DNA of 32,345 bases from contig JANXTV010000250.1 of NCBI GenBank assembly GCA_025352185.1, positions 1 to 32,345 on the forward strand. Direction: 5' to 3'. Every line of letters begins with the position of its first letter. Within the stretch, counting starts at the first letter, position 1. Source of the DNA: Oligoflexia bacterium. GTDB lineage: Bacteria; Bdellovibrionota; UBA1018. The translations under genes were made by a program, and so were the position numbers. Under the pieces are notes generated by a model, which saw only the letters and a program-made list of their open reading frames with translations, ran no database searches and was not told the DNA's origin. Of the stretch, positions 23,888-32,345 are shown in pieces.

Positions 23888-26227
23888 TTACTTAGTCTTC
23901 ATCACCCAGGCGCCATCCCAGTCGGCACCCGGTGGATTAATTTTAAACTCCTTACATCGCTCGATAAATTCTTCCGACATTTCGTCTTCTTTAGTGCCGT
24001 CGAGCAGCTTCTTCTTACTGAGCTCAAATTTTTCGATCGCCTCGTCCCACTTCTGTTTTGAATAGAGTTCGCGAGCCTCGCGGAAAAGATCGAGACCCTC
24101 TTTGGGATATTCGACGTCGAGAATCTGGATGAGTTCGACGGCGACTTTCTTTCCCTTAACTTTAACGAAATCGAGCACCCGGTGCGGAGGGTGAGGCTCC
24201 CCGACCGACGTGATGAGATCGAGCGTCCCTCGCGTCGTCAAAATCGCGGAATGGTAGTCTTTCGTTAAACCCTCGAGTCTGGAGGCTAAGTTCACGTGGT
24301 CGCCGATGACCGTATATTCGAAGATCCGGTCCGAACCCATGTTTCCGACCGAAACCTGGCCGGAGTTAATTCCGATCCCGACGTTTACCTCAATATCGTA
24401 TTTTTCTTTAAAATAGGGACGAAGCTCGCGCAGTTGCTTTTGCATCTGGACCGCCGCTTTACACGCATTCACGGCGTGGCGGGGTTGTTCGAGCGGAGCT
24501 CCCCAGAAAGCCATCACGGCGTCGCCGATATATTTATCGAGCGTTCCTTCCGTTTCAAATACGATGTCCGTCATTCGCCCTAGGTAGTCGTTTAGGAAGT
24601 TAGAGAGTTCCTTCGCGTCCATTTTTTCGGAAAAAGTCGTGAAGCTCCGAATATCGGAGAACACGATCGTGAGGTCGCGCTTTTCACCCCCGACGGTAAG
24701 TTTCGTCGGATCTTTCATCACCGATTCGATGATCGCGGGAGAAACGTATTTTCCAAATGCGTTTCGAATTTCTTTTTTACCTTTTTCCTCGAGGATATAC
24801 TTCGCGGCAAAGGTAAAGAGGAAGACCGTCGCGAGTTCGATTCCGAGGAGCGACGTGTTCCAGTTTACGTTCGATTCGAAAAGCACCTTTTGGTCGATAA
24901 AAGCGGCGAGACTCATAACGGCGGCAAACAGAAGCAAGGCGGGAACGGATTCCAGGCGCTCGATTCCGTAGGCGAAGAGGAGTGCCCCGAGGGTCATCAC
25001 GATGAAGATCCAAGTGGTTCCAGTGGCGCCGTCGCCGTGACGAAGCATGTCTCCCGCGAGGAGGTTATCGAGAATATTCGTGTGTCCCTCGACTCCGGGC
25101 GTATTCGAGTCGAAGGGGAACGCTCGCATTTCGAAAACTCCGATGGCCGTGACCCCGATAAAGACGATCGCGTCCTGGAGGATGCTTTTTTTCGATACGC
25201 TGGCAATGGTTCGATTTTGCTCGATTTTCATTTCCGGATCGTCCGTCATGATTTCTCGTGCCCGAATGTACTGGAAAGATTGCGCCGGTCCGCGAAAGTT
25301 CACTTCCATCACGCCCAGTGGAGTGACCGGGATCTCGCGACCCGATTTCGCGAACCGCATGGAATCGATGGTTTGCCGCTCGTTGAGCTTGATCTCGACT
25401 TCTTCGTCGAGGACAGCGGCGGCGGTCGCTAAATCAACCGATGGATAAAAGTTTCCGTCGGCGCCCATGAGGACGAGCGGCGTTCGACGAATATAGCCGT
25501 CCCCATCAGGTTTTGCGTCCACGAAACCCGCGTGCGCGGAGGCATTATTATAGTTTTCAAGGTTCGTTAACGGGAGTGGAACGTAAAGGAGCGGAGTTTT
25601 CTGGAGATCCATCGGTCGGGCGAGTACGACTCGTTTTACCGCAAAGGCCTTCATGTCGTCGCGAATGGCGGCGTGCTCAGGGTCGTTCACGGGGCAGGAC
25701 TGTGGATTCTCTATATTATAGACCGGATTACAAATGGTCGGTGCCATCCAACCCATGGTTACTTTTCCGCTATGTTCGAAAAGTTGCTCGGTGAGGTCGT
25801 TGTCCGTTTCAAATTGCGTCAGATTCGCATCTATTTTTTTATCGGTTAAGAATTGGCTTAGCTTCTCGGGCACCCGCTGGTCGGATTCCGAAAAGACCAT
25901 ATCGAGGGCGATATATTTCGCACCTGATTCAAAGATTTTCTTAATGAGGAGTGCAGTTTTATCGCGGTGCCACGGCCATCGCCCGTACTCTTCGATGGAG
26001 TCGTTATCCACCTCGGCGACTACGATTTTATTTTTCGGGGCTTCCGCCCCGCGCATCCAGAACTTCCCGTTCGTATGGGTTCCGGCGACGGAGACCAGTT
26101 TCGGGTAAAGCCACTCTCGGAGGACGGTGTTCTGCAGTTTCCCCTGGAGCCCCGCTTCGTGAATCCAGTAAAACCACGCGAAGAGAGCGATGATGGGAAT
26201 TTGGTACAGCCAGATTTTCGACTTCAT
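23888..26227 (-). CDS. CHASE2 sensor-domain class III adenylate cyclase
   Basis: N-terminal TM helix followed by IVVAEVDNDSIEEYGRWPWHRDKTALLIKKIFESGAKYIALDMVFSE (CHASE2), then three TM helices. Catalytic domain LTIVFSDIRSFT...LDKYIGDAVMAFWGAP...YTVIGDHVNLASRLEG. The Lys in DKYIGD and the Thr in YTVIG fit class IIIb ATP specificity. The C-terminal ~90 aa form a helical tail. Confidence 0.85.
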   Translation of the reverse strand: MKSKIWLYQIPIIALFAWFYWIHEAGLQGKLQNTVLREWLYPKLVSVAGTHTNGKFWMRGAEAPKNKIVVAEVDNDSIEEYGRWPWHRDKTALLIKKIFESGAKYIALDMVFSESDQRVPEKLSQFLTDKKIDANLTQFETDNDLTEQLFEHSGKVTMGWMAPTICNPVYNIENPQSCPVNDPEHAAIRDDMKAFAVKRVVLARPMDLQKTPLLYVPLPLTNLENYNNASAHAGFVDAKPDGDGYIRRTPLVLMGADGNFYPSVDLATAAAVLDEEVEIKLNERQTIDSMRFAKSGREIPVTPLGVMEVNFRGPAQSFQYIRAREIMTDDPEMKIEQNRTIASVSKKSILQDAIVFIGVTAIGVFEMRAFPFDSNTPGVEGHTNILDNLLAGDMLRHGDGATGTTWIFIVMTLGALLFAYGIERLESVPALLLFAAVMSLAAFIDQKVLFESNVNWNTSLLGIELATVFLFTFAAKYILEEKGKKEIRNAFGKYVSPAIIESVMKDPTKLTVGGEKRDLTIVFSDIRSFTTFSEKMDAKELSNFLNDYLGRMTDIVFETEGTLDKYIGDAVMAFWGAPLEQPRHAVNACKAAVQMQKQLRELRPYFKEKYDIEVNVGIGINSGQVSVGNMGSDRIFEYTVIGDHVNLASRLEGLTKDYHSAILTTRGTLDLITSVGEPHPPHRVLDFVKVKGKKVAVELIQILDVEYPKEGLDLFREARELYSKQKWDEAIEKFELSKKKLLDGTKEDEMSEEFIERCKEFKINPPGADWDGAWVMKTK

Positions 26228-26258
26228 CCTGCTTCTCCTGCGGTCGGAATAGAGTTCG

Positions 26259-26267
26259 TGCTATACT
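26259..26267 (+). promoter_or_regulatory. extended -10 promoter element upstream of the response regulator gene
   Basis: TGcTATACT (TGn + TATACT) ends 7 nt before ATG 26275. No good -35. Confidence 0.35.
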
Positions 26268-26274
26268 GAAGGGG

Positions 26275-26679
26275 ATGGAAAATACCCCGGGCGGACGGCC
26301 CGCCCATAAAAAAATTCTCGTCCTGGACGATACTCCGACGATGCGCCTGATCGTGACCGGAATGCTGAATGACTTGGGATTCTCGGCCGTCGTGGAGGCC
26401 GAAAATACCGATATGGCGCTGGAAATCGTGAAGCGCGAGAGTATTGCGGTCGTTCTCGCCGACTGGAATCTGCCCGGAAAAAGCGGCATCGAATTTTTGC
26501 GCCAAATCCGTGCGGTTGAAAAGACTCGCAACCTTCCCGTCGTGATGATGACTTCGAATAACGACCCGAGGCAGATCGAGGAAGCCCGGAGAGCGGGAGT
26601 TTCGAGTTATCTCGTGAAGCCCTTCGGGCTGCCGGATTTGCTCGCGCGACTCGAAGAGGCTTCGCTCGCCCATTCTTAG
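26275..26679 (+). CDS. single-domain response regulator (CheY-like receiver)
   Basis: KKILVLDDTPTMR (acidic pair), VVLADWNLPGKSG (phospho-acceptor Asp), VVMMTS and YLVKPF (conserved Lys). 134 aa with no output domain. Confidence 0.85.
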   Translation: MENTPGGRPAHKKILVLDDTPTMRLIVTGMLNDLGFSAVVEAENTDMALEIVKRESIAVVLADWNLPGKSGIEFLRQIRAVEKTRNLPVVMMTSNNDPRQIEEARRAGVSSYLVKPFGLPDLLARLEEASLAHS

Positions 26680-26702
26680 TTCGTCATTTTTCTGACAGTG
26701 CG

Positions 26703-26736
26703 GATACGAAAACAAAGGTTTCACAATTTTCGTATC
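26703..26736. terminator. 10-bp perfect inverted repeat between convergent genes
   Basis: GATACGAAAA - 14 nt - TTTTCGTATC, lying between the response regulator stop (26679) and the TerC stop (26755). Confidence 0.4.
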
Positions 26737-26754
26737 GGTGACGGGAACTGAACT

Positions 26755-27438
26755 CTAAATCTTTTTCGGGGTCCGTGACGAGAAGCCGTAGGTAAGGGCG
26801 CTCGCCATGAGTATCCAGAAGACCCAGAACGCGTATTCGCGAGGAGAATGGAAGTTCACTCCCGGTAGCGCCAGGCCTTCGATGACGACTTTCGTCCCTA
26901 TAATAAGAACGAGGATGTAGGCTGTTTTTTCTAACTTCGGAAACTTGTCGATGATTCGGATAAAGAGAGACGCGGTAAATCGCATCATCACGATTCCGAT
27001 GATGCCGCCCGTAAAAACGACCCAAAGTTTATTGGTTAGGGCGACTCCGGCGAGAATCGAATCGACGGCGAAGGCGATGTCGGTGAGTTCGATGGCGATG
27101 ACCGTTTTCCAAAAGGTCGCGCCGATCGCCTTCTTTCCACGGTCGTCCTTATTCTCTCCGAAGACCAAATTTTTTATCGCGATATAGATGAGATAGCCGC
27201 CGCCGACAAATTTTACCCAGCGCCACCGGACGAGGTAGGTCACCATGGCGAGAGCAATAAATCGGAAGATGAACGCGCCGATCAGTCCGTACGTGAGCGC
27301 TTTCTTCTGTTCCTTAACGGGGAGATGTCGGGCGAGGATCGCGAGTACGAGAGCATTATCTACCGATAGGACTCCTTCTAAAAATATCAGGAGCCCTATC
27401 AGTAGAAAATCGTGGGACGTAATTTCAAATGGGAACAT
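26755..27438 (-). CDS. TerC/Alx-family integral membrane protein
   Basis: LLIGLLIFLEGVLSVDNALVLAILA and a second ...AIELTDIAFAVDSILAGVA repeat are typical of TerC. About 7 hydrophobic helices. The ATG lies 1 nt after the GST stop. Confidence 0.85.
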   Translation of the reverse strand: MFPFEITSHDFLLIGLLIFLEGVLSVDNALVLAILARHLPVKEQKKALTYGLIGAFIFRFIALAMVTYLVRWRWVKFVGGGYLIYIAIKNLVFGENKDDRGKKAIGATFWKTVIAIELTDIAFAVDSILAGVALTNKLWVVFTGGIIGIVMMRFTASLFIRIIDKFPKLEKTAYILVLIIGTKVVIEGLALPGVNFHSPREYAFWVFWILMASALTYGFSSRTPKKI

Positions 27439-27439
27439 C

Positions 27440-28066
27440 TTAATCGAGGAGGTCTTCCGCTTCCATCACTCGGCGAACGGCCGGGCGTTCCATCATGGTT
27501 TTCGCGTGCGCCACGAGATTTGGCCATTTTTCACGCTTCAGCCCAACGTAGTTGGACCAGCTAAATACCGTGAATAGGTAGGCATCCGCGGTCGTGAATT
27601 GGTCGCCCATGACGTACTTTTTATTCGCGAGCAATGAATCGACGATATCGAGTTTTTTTCCGAGGGCCTCGGTGCACACGGACTTTACTTCTTCGGCGCC
27701 AGCCGGTGTTTTCGAATAGGCTTGCGGTCCGAAGAGTGGAGAAAATCCTTTATGGATTTCGGTCGCAATTAGATTCATCCACTGGTGGAGTTTTACCCGT
27801 TCAAACGAACCGGCGCGGGGCGCGAAGTTCATTTCCGACTTTTGGTCCGCGATGAAGAGTTGGATCGCGACGCCTTCGGTAAGGAATTCGCCGTCGTTCG
27901 TTTCAAGAATCGGGATGTATCCGAACGGACTCATTTTCTTAAATTCGGGCTTCTCGCCATCGCCATTATCGAAGCTGATTTGTTGGGCGGTATACGGCAA
28001 CCCAATTTCTTCGAGTAAGATATGGGGAGCGAGCGAGCAGGCGCCCTGGGAATAAAACAGTTTCAT
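27440..28066 (-). CDS. glutathione S-transferase
   Basis: MKLFYSQGACSLAPHILLEEIGLPY...FGYIPILETNDGEFLTEGVAIQLFIAD is a thioredoxin-like GST N-domain, followed by a helical C-domain. AGGAG RBS. Confidence 0.85.
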   Translation of the reverse strand: MKLFYSQGACSLAPHILLEEIGLPYTAQQISFDNGDGEKPEFKKMSPFGYIPILETNDGEFLTEGVAIQLFIADQKSEMNFAPRAGSFERVKLHQWMNLIATEIHKGFSPLFGPQAYSKTPAGAEEVKSVCTEALGKKLDIVDSLLANKKYVMGDQFTTADAYLFTVFSWSNYVGLKREKWPNLVAHAKTMMERPAVRRVMEAEDLLD

Positions 28067-28207
28067 AAAGATCTCCTGGGGTAAGTGAAATGAACCAGAT
28101 GATGACCCGAAGCAGCGATAACCATCTGGAGTTTAGCAGGATTCTAGGAGAGGATTTCCCCGTATGGCTAGCGCAATCACGTAACGGCCTGCGACAGAAA
28201 GAATTTC

Positions 28208-28804
28208 ATGAGCGTTCACCCACCGTTATCTCCATTTAATTTTTTCCAGGAGTGTTTTGCGAAAGCAAAATCTCTAAAAATTCTCCAGGTTGATGCGATG
28301 GTTCTCATTAGTGCTACGCCGGAAGGAAAGCCCTCGGGACGTATGGTGCTCCTCAAGGGAATCAATCCCGAACGCGGATTTCGTTTCTACACGAATTACG
28401 ATTCAAGAAAGTCTGCCGAACTCGGTGCGAACCCCCAAGCGCAACTCCTTTTCTACTGGGCGGAACTCGGCCGCCAGATTCGCGTCGAGGGAAGCGTCGA
28501 GCGCACCGCCGCGGCCGACTCCGACGCTTACTTTGCGTCCCGCGGGAGAGCGAGTCGCATCGGAGCAATCGCGTCTCTCCAGAGTCGCCCACTCGGGTCG
28601 TCTGAGGAACTACGAGCGAAGGTTGAGAAAATAACGAAGGAACTGGAAGGCCGGGAAGTGATCCGACCCGAAAACTGGGGCGGCTTTGAACTCGTCGCGG
28701 AACGCTTCGAGTTTTGGGAAGATCGTGCGGATCGACTTCACGAACGCGTGACCTATGACCGCGACGCGAACGGGAAATGGATCACCGGGCGCCTCTGGCC
28801 GTAA
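28208..28804 (+). CDS. pdxH: pyridoxamine 5'-phosphate oxidase
   Basis: RMVLLKGINPERGFRFYTNYDSRKSAEL, QIRVEGSVER, YFASRGRASRIGAIASLQSRPL and FEFWEDRADRLHERVTY...WITGRLWP are canonical PdxH blocks, including the C-terminal RL.P. Confidence 0.9.
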   Translation: MSVHPPLSPFNFFQECFAKAKSLKILQVDAMVLISATPEGKPSGRMVLLKGINPERGFRFYTNYDSRKSAELGANPQAQLLFYWAELGRQIRVEGSVERTAAADSDAYFASRGRASRIGAIASLQSRPLGSSEELRAKVEKITKELEGREVIRPENWGGFELVAERFEFWEDRADRLHERVTYDRDANGKWITGRLWP

Positions 28805-28814
28805 AAAGGAATTC

Positions 28815-30068
28815 ATGAAGCTGCTCTTCTTCACTGCCGTCCGAACCCTGATTCGAAATCCGCGGCGAACTGGAATTACGATCGTCAGTATCGCGCTGAG
28901 CCTCGCCGTTATTTTTTGGCTCCAATCGGTCATGAAAGCGCGTTCGGGATATATCATCGAGAAAGTCCTCGCACTCTCGGGCGGAGATGTTCAGATCTTT
29001 AAACAGATTTATTTCGAAGATAAGCGTCTCGCGGATTTTATGAAAGAACCGCTCCCGGACCTCACGGAGATCCTCGGAAAAGATGTCGCAAAAACGGAGC
29101 GAATCCGGTTACCGGGTTTACTAGCCGCCGCCGAAGAGTCTTTTCCGATTTATTTAAACGGAATCGATCCGAACAACGAACCCAAGGCGAGCAAGATTAA
29201 AGCATTCCTTGCGAAGGGAGAGTTTCTTACGCCCGATCCGGATGGAACATGTTTCGAGCGCCCCATCTATATCGGGGAAAAACTCGCGAAACTTCTGCGG
29301 GTCGATGTCGGAGATAAGGTCGTATTTCTGGGCCAGGCGGCGGACGGTACGCTCGGAAATGAACTGCTCCGAGTGAAGGGCTTATTTAACAGCCATTCGG
29401 GTGATTACGATAAAGTTTTTGCGTTCACGACGCTGGAGTGTACTAAAAAAATCGGCGTACTCGGCGGAATTCACGAGGTAGCATTTAAGCTCGGACCCGG
29501 CAGTCCAATCTCGGCGAACGACATCGAGGAAATCGAAGAAAAGATTACGGAAAAAATTCCTCCCGATCTAAAAGCCGTCGGATGGCGTCAGGCGAATCCG
29601 ATGGTCGCGCAAGTGTTAAAGTTTAACGACGCATTCATTGGACTACTCACGTTTATTCTCGTCTCGATCGTCATCTTCGGTACCGTGAATACACTCCTCA
29701 TGAGTGTTCAGGAGCGGTCGAAAGAGTTCGGGGTAATGCTCGCCCTCGGTATGCAACCCCGTCAGCTCATGATCATTATCGTAATCGAGGCCTTCCTGAT
29801 GGCGATGACCGGTTTCGCCTTAAGTCTCGTGATCGGTGGCGCGGTCATTTTCTACCAACAGAAAGCGGGATTCGATATTGCGATATTTGTCGGGAAAACG
29901 ATCCAGTTCCAAGGCATGCTCCTCGACTCGACGATCGTCTATCCGGCATTCGCGGTCGGTCCCTTTCTGAAAGCCGCGAGCTACATGATCGGTTTCGTAA
30001 CTTTGGCCGGAATTTATCCCGCCTATCGGGCGGGAAAACTCACTCCCGTGGATACGATTCGAGGTTAG
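28815..30068 (+). CDS. ABC transporter permease, FtsX/LolE/MacB-type
   Basis: Track ORF 28755..30068 trimmed to ATG 28815 (AAAGGA upstream). N-terminus MKLLFFTAVRTLIRNPRRTGITIVSIALSLAVIF, a ~230-aa periplasmic domain, and three C-terminal TM helices ending GIYPAYRAGKLTPVDTIRG (typical FtsX-domain end). Confidence 0.8.
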   Translation: MKLLFFTAVRTLIRNPRRTGITIVSIALSLAVIFWLQSVMKARSGYIIEKVLALSGGDVQIFKQIYFEDKRLADFMKEPLPDLTEILGKDVAKTERIRLPGLLAAAEESFPIYLNGIDPNNEPKASKIKAFLAKGEFLTPDPDGTCFERPIYIGEKLAKLLRVDVGDKVVFLGQAADGTLGNELLRVKGLFNSHSGDYDKVFAFTTLECTKKIGVLGGIHEVAFKLGPGSPISANDIEEIEEKITEKIPPDLKAVGWRQANPMVAQVLKFNDAFIGLLTFILVSIVIFGTVNTLLMSVQERSKEFGVMLALGMQPRQLMIIIVIEAFLMAMTGFALSLVIGGAVIFYQQKAGFDIAIFVGKTIQFQGMLLDSTIVYPAFAVGPFLKAASYMIGFVTLAGIYPAYRAGKLTPVDTIRG

Positions 30069-30074
30069 GGCACG

Positions 30075-31277
30075 ATGCGATTCGGTGCGTTCCCATCCTT
30101 ACTACTCCTTATTCTCGCCATTACCGGCGTAGGATCCGCGAAGGCCGTCGATTTCCGAACGAAATTCGATATCCAGGCGAACGGGGTATACCGCTCCCTT
30201 TCGCAGCAAGGATTCTCCGATGCGGTCACCGTCGGGGACGGTCTCCTCTTTCTCGGCAGCCAGGTCATTGCGACGAGTGACTGGTTTGAGCTCGAAGTTC
30301 GACAAGAGTTTCGATCGGTATTTGGGGACACGCCTTCCTATCCTCCCGGTGATATCGCGCGATTGAACATTCAGTCCCCCGAGCGTTTTATGCAGCTCGA
30401 CCGAATGCTCGTTGAGAATAAAGGTATTAACATCATTTCCGACATCGAACGTTTACGGGCGTCCCTCGTATTTCCGGAGGGTGAGGCGTGGGTGGGGAGG
30501 CGTCCGGTTTCTCTCGGAGTTATTTCTTTCTTTAAGGTTTGGAATAAATTCACGCGGCCGGTTTCGGGACTGTTCGGTCCGACGATCGTCTATGGCTCCG
30601 ATGGGTTCGGTGGCTCCTATCAGTCGGGTGATTTTTCTTTTAAGGCGATGAGCCTTTTCGGACCTGACGTTCAGGACGATGCGCACCTGCTAGAAGTCGC
30701 GTGGTTTAATCCCTTCGCGGAGTTTCGCTTTCTCGGTGGACGGTGGTGGGACCGAAATGCGGTGGGCTTTGCCTTCTCGAAAACGGTTTTCGACTGGATG
30801 CTCCGTCTGGAAACCCTCTACCTAAGTAAGGGAACGGCCACGGCGATGGCGGCGAATCCGTCCGAGACGCAAATCGGTTTGGGGTTCGACGGCGCCATTA
30901 ATAGTGCCTTATCTTTACTGGTGGAAAATTATTTCCAATCCATCGGTGCGATGGATACCACCGATTACTCCATCACTGATCCGTCTCGATTCACTAACCT
31001 ACGCGCAAAGTTTTATACCTTTGCGATCCTAAACTGGCAGATGAGCACCCTTTGGAAATCGGGATTTGGGGACCTGTTTAATGGAGTGGACGGCGGACAA
31101 CTCTTTAGCCTGCGGCTAAATTATTCGCTCAGCGATAATATTGAACTCCTTTCGGAGTTTAATCTTCCTCTCGCGAGTGACGGGGCGGAGTTTGCGAAGC
31201 GCACTTTCGTTTTTAAGGACGGAAGTTACCTCGGCAGCGGGAGCCAATTTAGCCTGGGGTTAAAGGCTTCGTTTTAG
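30075..31277 (+). CDS. putative outer-membrane beta-barrel protein
   Basis: Signal peptide MRFGAFPSLLLLILAITGVGSAKA. Alternating hydrophobic pattern with many aromatic/Gly strands. C-terminal ...QFSLGLKASF with a terminal Phe, as in OMPs. No family recognised. Confidence 0.5.
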   Translation: MRFGAFPSLLLLILAITGVGSAKAVDFRTKFDIQANGVYRSLSQQGFSDAVTVGDGLLFLGSQVIATSDWFELEVRQEFRSVFGDTPSYPPGDIARLNIQSPERFMQLDRMLVENKGINIISDIERLRASLVFPEGEAWVGRRPVSLGVISFFKVWNKFTRPVSGLFGPTIVYGSDGFGGSYQSGDFSFKAMSLFGPDVQDDAHLLEVAWFNPFAEFRFLGGRWWDRNAVGFAFSKTVFDWMLRLETLYLSKGTATAMAANPSETQIGLGFDGAINSALSLLVENYFQSIGAMDTTDYSITDPSRFTNLRAKFYTFAILNWQMSTLWKSGFGDLFNGVDGGQLFSLRLNYSLSDNIELLSEFNLPLASDGAEFAKRTFVFKDGSYLGSGSQFSLGLKASF

Positions 31278-32092
31278 TCGTCGACTCGTTTTTTCAGGTA
31301 TTCCTGTGTGAAGACCGCTTCCGGAATCGGTTGGTCAAATTTCATCACGCGGTAATCCACCTGCGTCTGCATTCCTGTCCCGGGAGTTGTAACCACGAGG
31401 GTAGCCGGATAGGTATGTCCGGCCTCTCGTTTAATATTTTTCCAAACGGCGACCCGGTCCGGTCGTTTTCCCGTCGGGCCGAAGTATTCTTGCCGAACCT
31501 GAACGGGTTCGGACACGAGGATCCAGGTATAGACTCGACCGGGGGGAACGGGTGCGCCCGATTTCGGTGAACTTTCGATTTTATAGGCGAGCGCGCCCTC
31601 TATTTTTTCTTCGCCCAGAAGCCGGTGTTCATAGTGGCGGGAGAGGCTCGTACTCCGGACCAGATCCCCATTCGTCACGTTTGAACCGAGGAGACGAAGT
31701 TTCCCCATGGAAGGCGCAACCTTTAGGATGTGTTCGACCGTCGGAACGTACTGCCAGAGGTCGGTAAGTAGACGGAGGTTCGCCTTCCCGCGCTCCCGTT
31801 CGGGGGCGAGGACTTTTACCATCGCCTTCTCCACCCCCTCCGCCCAGAGTTTTAATTCGAGCGAGCGAACATCCGTTCCGTCGACGATACGTACGAGAAT
31901 TCGCGCCTCGAGCGTCTTTCCGCGAGTTTCCCAGTCGATCTTTTTCAGGAGGTCGAGAGGGTTTGGCATCGTTTTCGATGGGGGAACGAGGATTGCCGTC
32001 TTCGCGGCCATTTCTTTCGACGGCCGCTTAGCCCCGTAGGCCGGAGGGTGACTGAGGACGGCAACTAGGAGGACGAGGTGGCGCACGAGCAT
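31274..32092 (-). CDS. LolA-like outer-membrane lipoprotein-sorting family protein
   Basis: Signal peptide MLVRHLVLLVAVLSHPPAYGA. ...LELKLWAEGVEKAMVKVLAPERERGKANLRLLTDLWQYVP...LLGSNVTNGDLV pattern, as I recall it for LolA_like/DUF-type sorting proteins found next to FtsX permeases. Its stop overlaps the stop of the convergent barrel gene (TTTAG). Confidence 0.6.
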   Translation of the reverse strand: MLVRHLVLLVAVLSHPPAYGAKRPSKEMAAKTAILVPPSKTMPNPLDLLKKIDWETRGKTLEARILVRIVDGTDVRSLELKLWAEGVEKAMVKVLAPERERGKANLRLLTDLWQYVPTVEHILKVAPSMGKLRLLGSNVTNGDLVRSTSLSRHYEHRLLGEEKIEGALAYKIESSPKSGAPVPPGRVYTWILVSEPVQVRQEYFGPTGKRPDRVAVWKNIKREAGHTYPATLVVTTPGTGMQTQVDYRVMKFDQPIPEAVFTQEYLKKRVDD

Positions 32093-32095
32093 CTC

Positions 32096-32345
32096 TTAGT
32101 TCTTAGCCCGCTTTTTTAGAAACTCCTGCGTGAACGTGTTTGCCGAAATCGCCTCGTCAAACTTCAGTTCGGTGTATTCCATCCGCGTTTCATTCTCGGC
32201 TTTTCGAGGGAGTTTCATGCTGAGTTTCGTAGCTACGGTATGGCTACCAAAAGTTTTAAAGTCGGAACCCACCATAATTTTAGAGAGTTCCCCGTTTTCG
32301 GCGTAAAATTCACTCTTCACCGTGACCGCGTCGGGGTTCCGGAGC
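32096..32345 (-). CDS. LolA-like paralog, C-terminal part (continues beyond right edge)
   Basis: The frame stays open to the window edge upstream of the track's GTG (…LRNPDAVTVKSEFYAENGEL…). The C-terminus MEYTELKFDEAISANTFTQEFLKKRAKN parallels VDYRVMKFDQPIPEAVFTQEYLKKRVDD of the neighbouring gene. Confidence 0.55.
   Translation of the reverse strand, partial: LRNPDAVTVKSEFYAENGELSKIMVGSDFKTFGSHTVATKLSMKLPRKAENETRMEYTELKFDEAISANTFTQEFLKKRAKN

Noticed and set aside
22829-26227. Pycsar/CBASS-like defence pair (cyclase + cNMP-binding effector)
   Set aside because: The cyclase is a large CHASE2 membrane sensor with the Lys/Thr specificity pair of class IIIb adenylate cyclases. The partner has no recognisable TIR, TM, nuclease or other killing domain. 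The architecture fits ordinary cAMP signalling better.
26028-26724. Minus-strand ORFs of 166-167 aa overlapping the response regulator and the cyclase start
   Set aside because: They are antisense to a receiver domain with all conserved residues, and their translations are low-complexity and Arg/Ser/Pro-rich.
27436-27442. Mn-sensing yybP-ykoY riboswitch expected upstream of a TerC gene
   Set aside because: The TerC ATG lies 1 nt after the GST stop, so there is no room for a leader RNA. TerC is apparently co-transcribed with GST.

Overview
Bacterial chromosomal window, roughly 50-55% GC by eye and densely coding. The gene content (Flp pilin, SPOR, CHASE2 cyclase, many orphan secreted proteins) suggests a Bdellovibrio-like or delta-type proteobacterium, but that taxon is only a guess. 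Layout from left to right: (1) carB 5' end plus a small membrane protein. (2) A five-gene operon with overlapping stop/start codons for envelope glycan synthesis: DUF2400-like, O-antigen-ligase-like, GT4, UDP-glucuronate decarboxylase-like, GT4. (3) A translationally coupled three-gene operon of large exported proteins with no family I recognise. (4) An SGNH lipoprotein and a PfkB kinase. (5) An orphan Flp pilin / TadE-like pseudopilin module with no assembly machinery in the window. (6) SPOR protein, cupin and mannose-1-P guanylyltransferase. (7) A lower-GC island of six unrelated small secreted proteins, each with an even number of Cys; three of these genes are preceded by a conserved intergenic element (two perfect 80-bp copies and one copy of about 68% identity). 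(8) A secreted S28-family serine peptidase. (9) A CHASE2 class III adenylate cyclase followed by a cNMP-binding protein, with a divergent CheY-like receiver. (10) GST-TerC, pdxH, and an FtsX-type permease + putative beta-barrel + two LolA-like genes, with no ABC ATPase in view. I found no rRNA, tRNA, CRISPR array, transposase or integrase. The best candidates for undescribed biology are the repeat-punctuated small-secreted-protein island (17.8-21.1 kb) and the three-gene exported-protein operon (7.1-11.9 kb). All family calls come from motif recognition by eye, not from searches.
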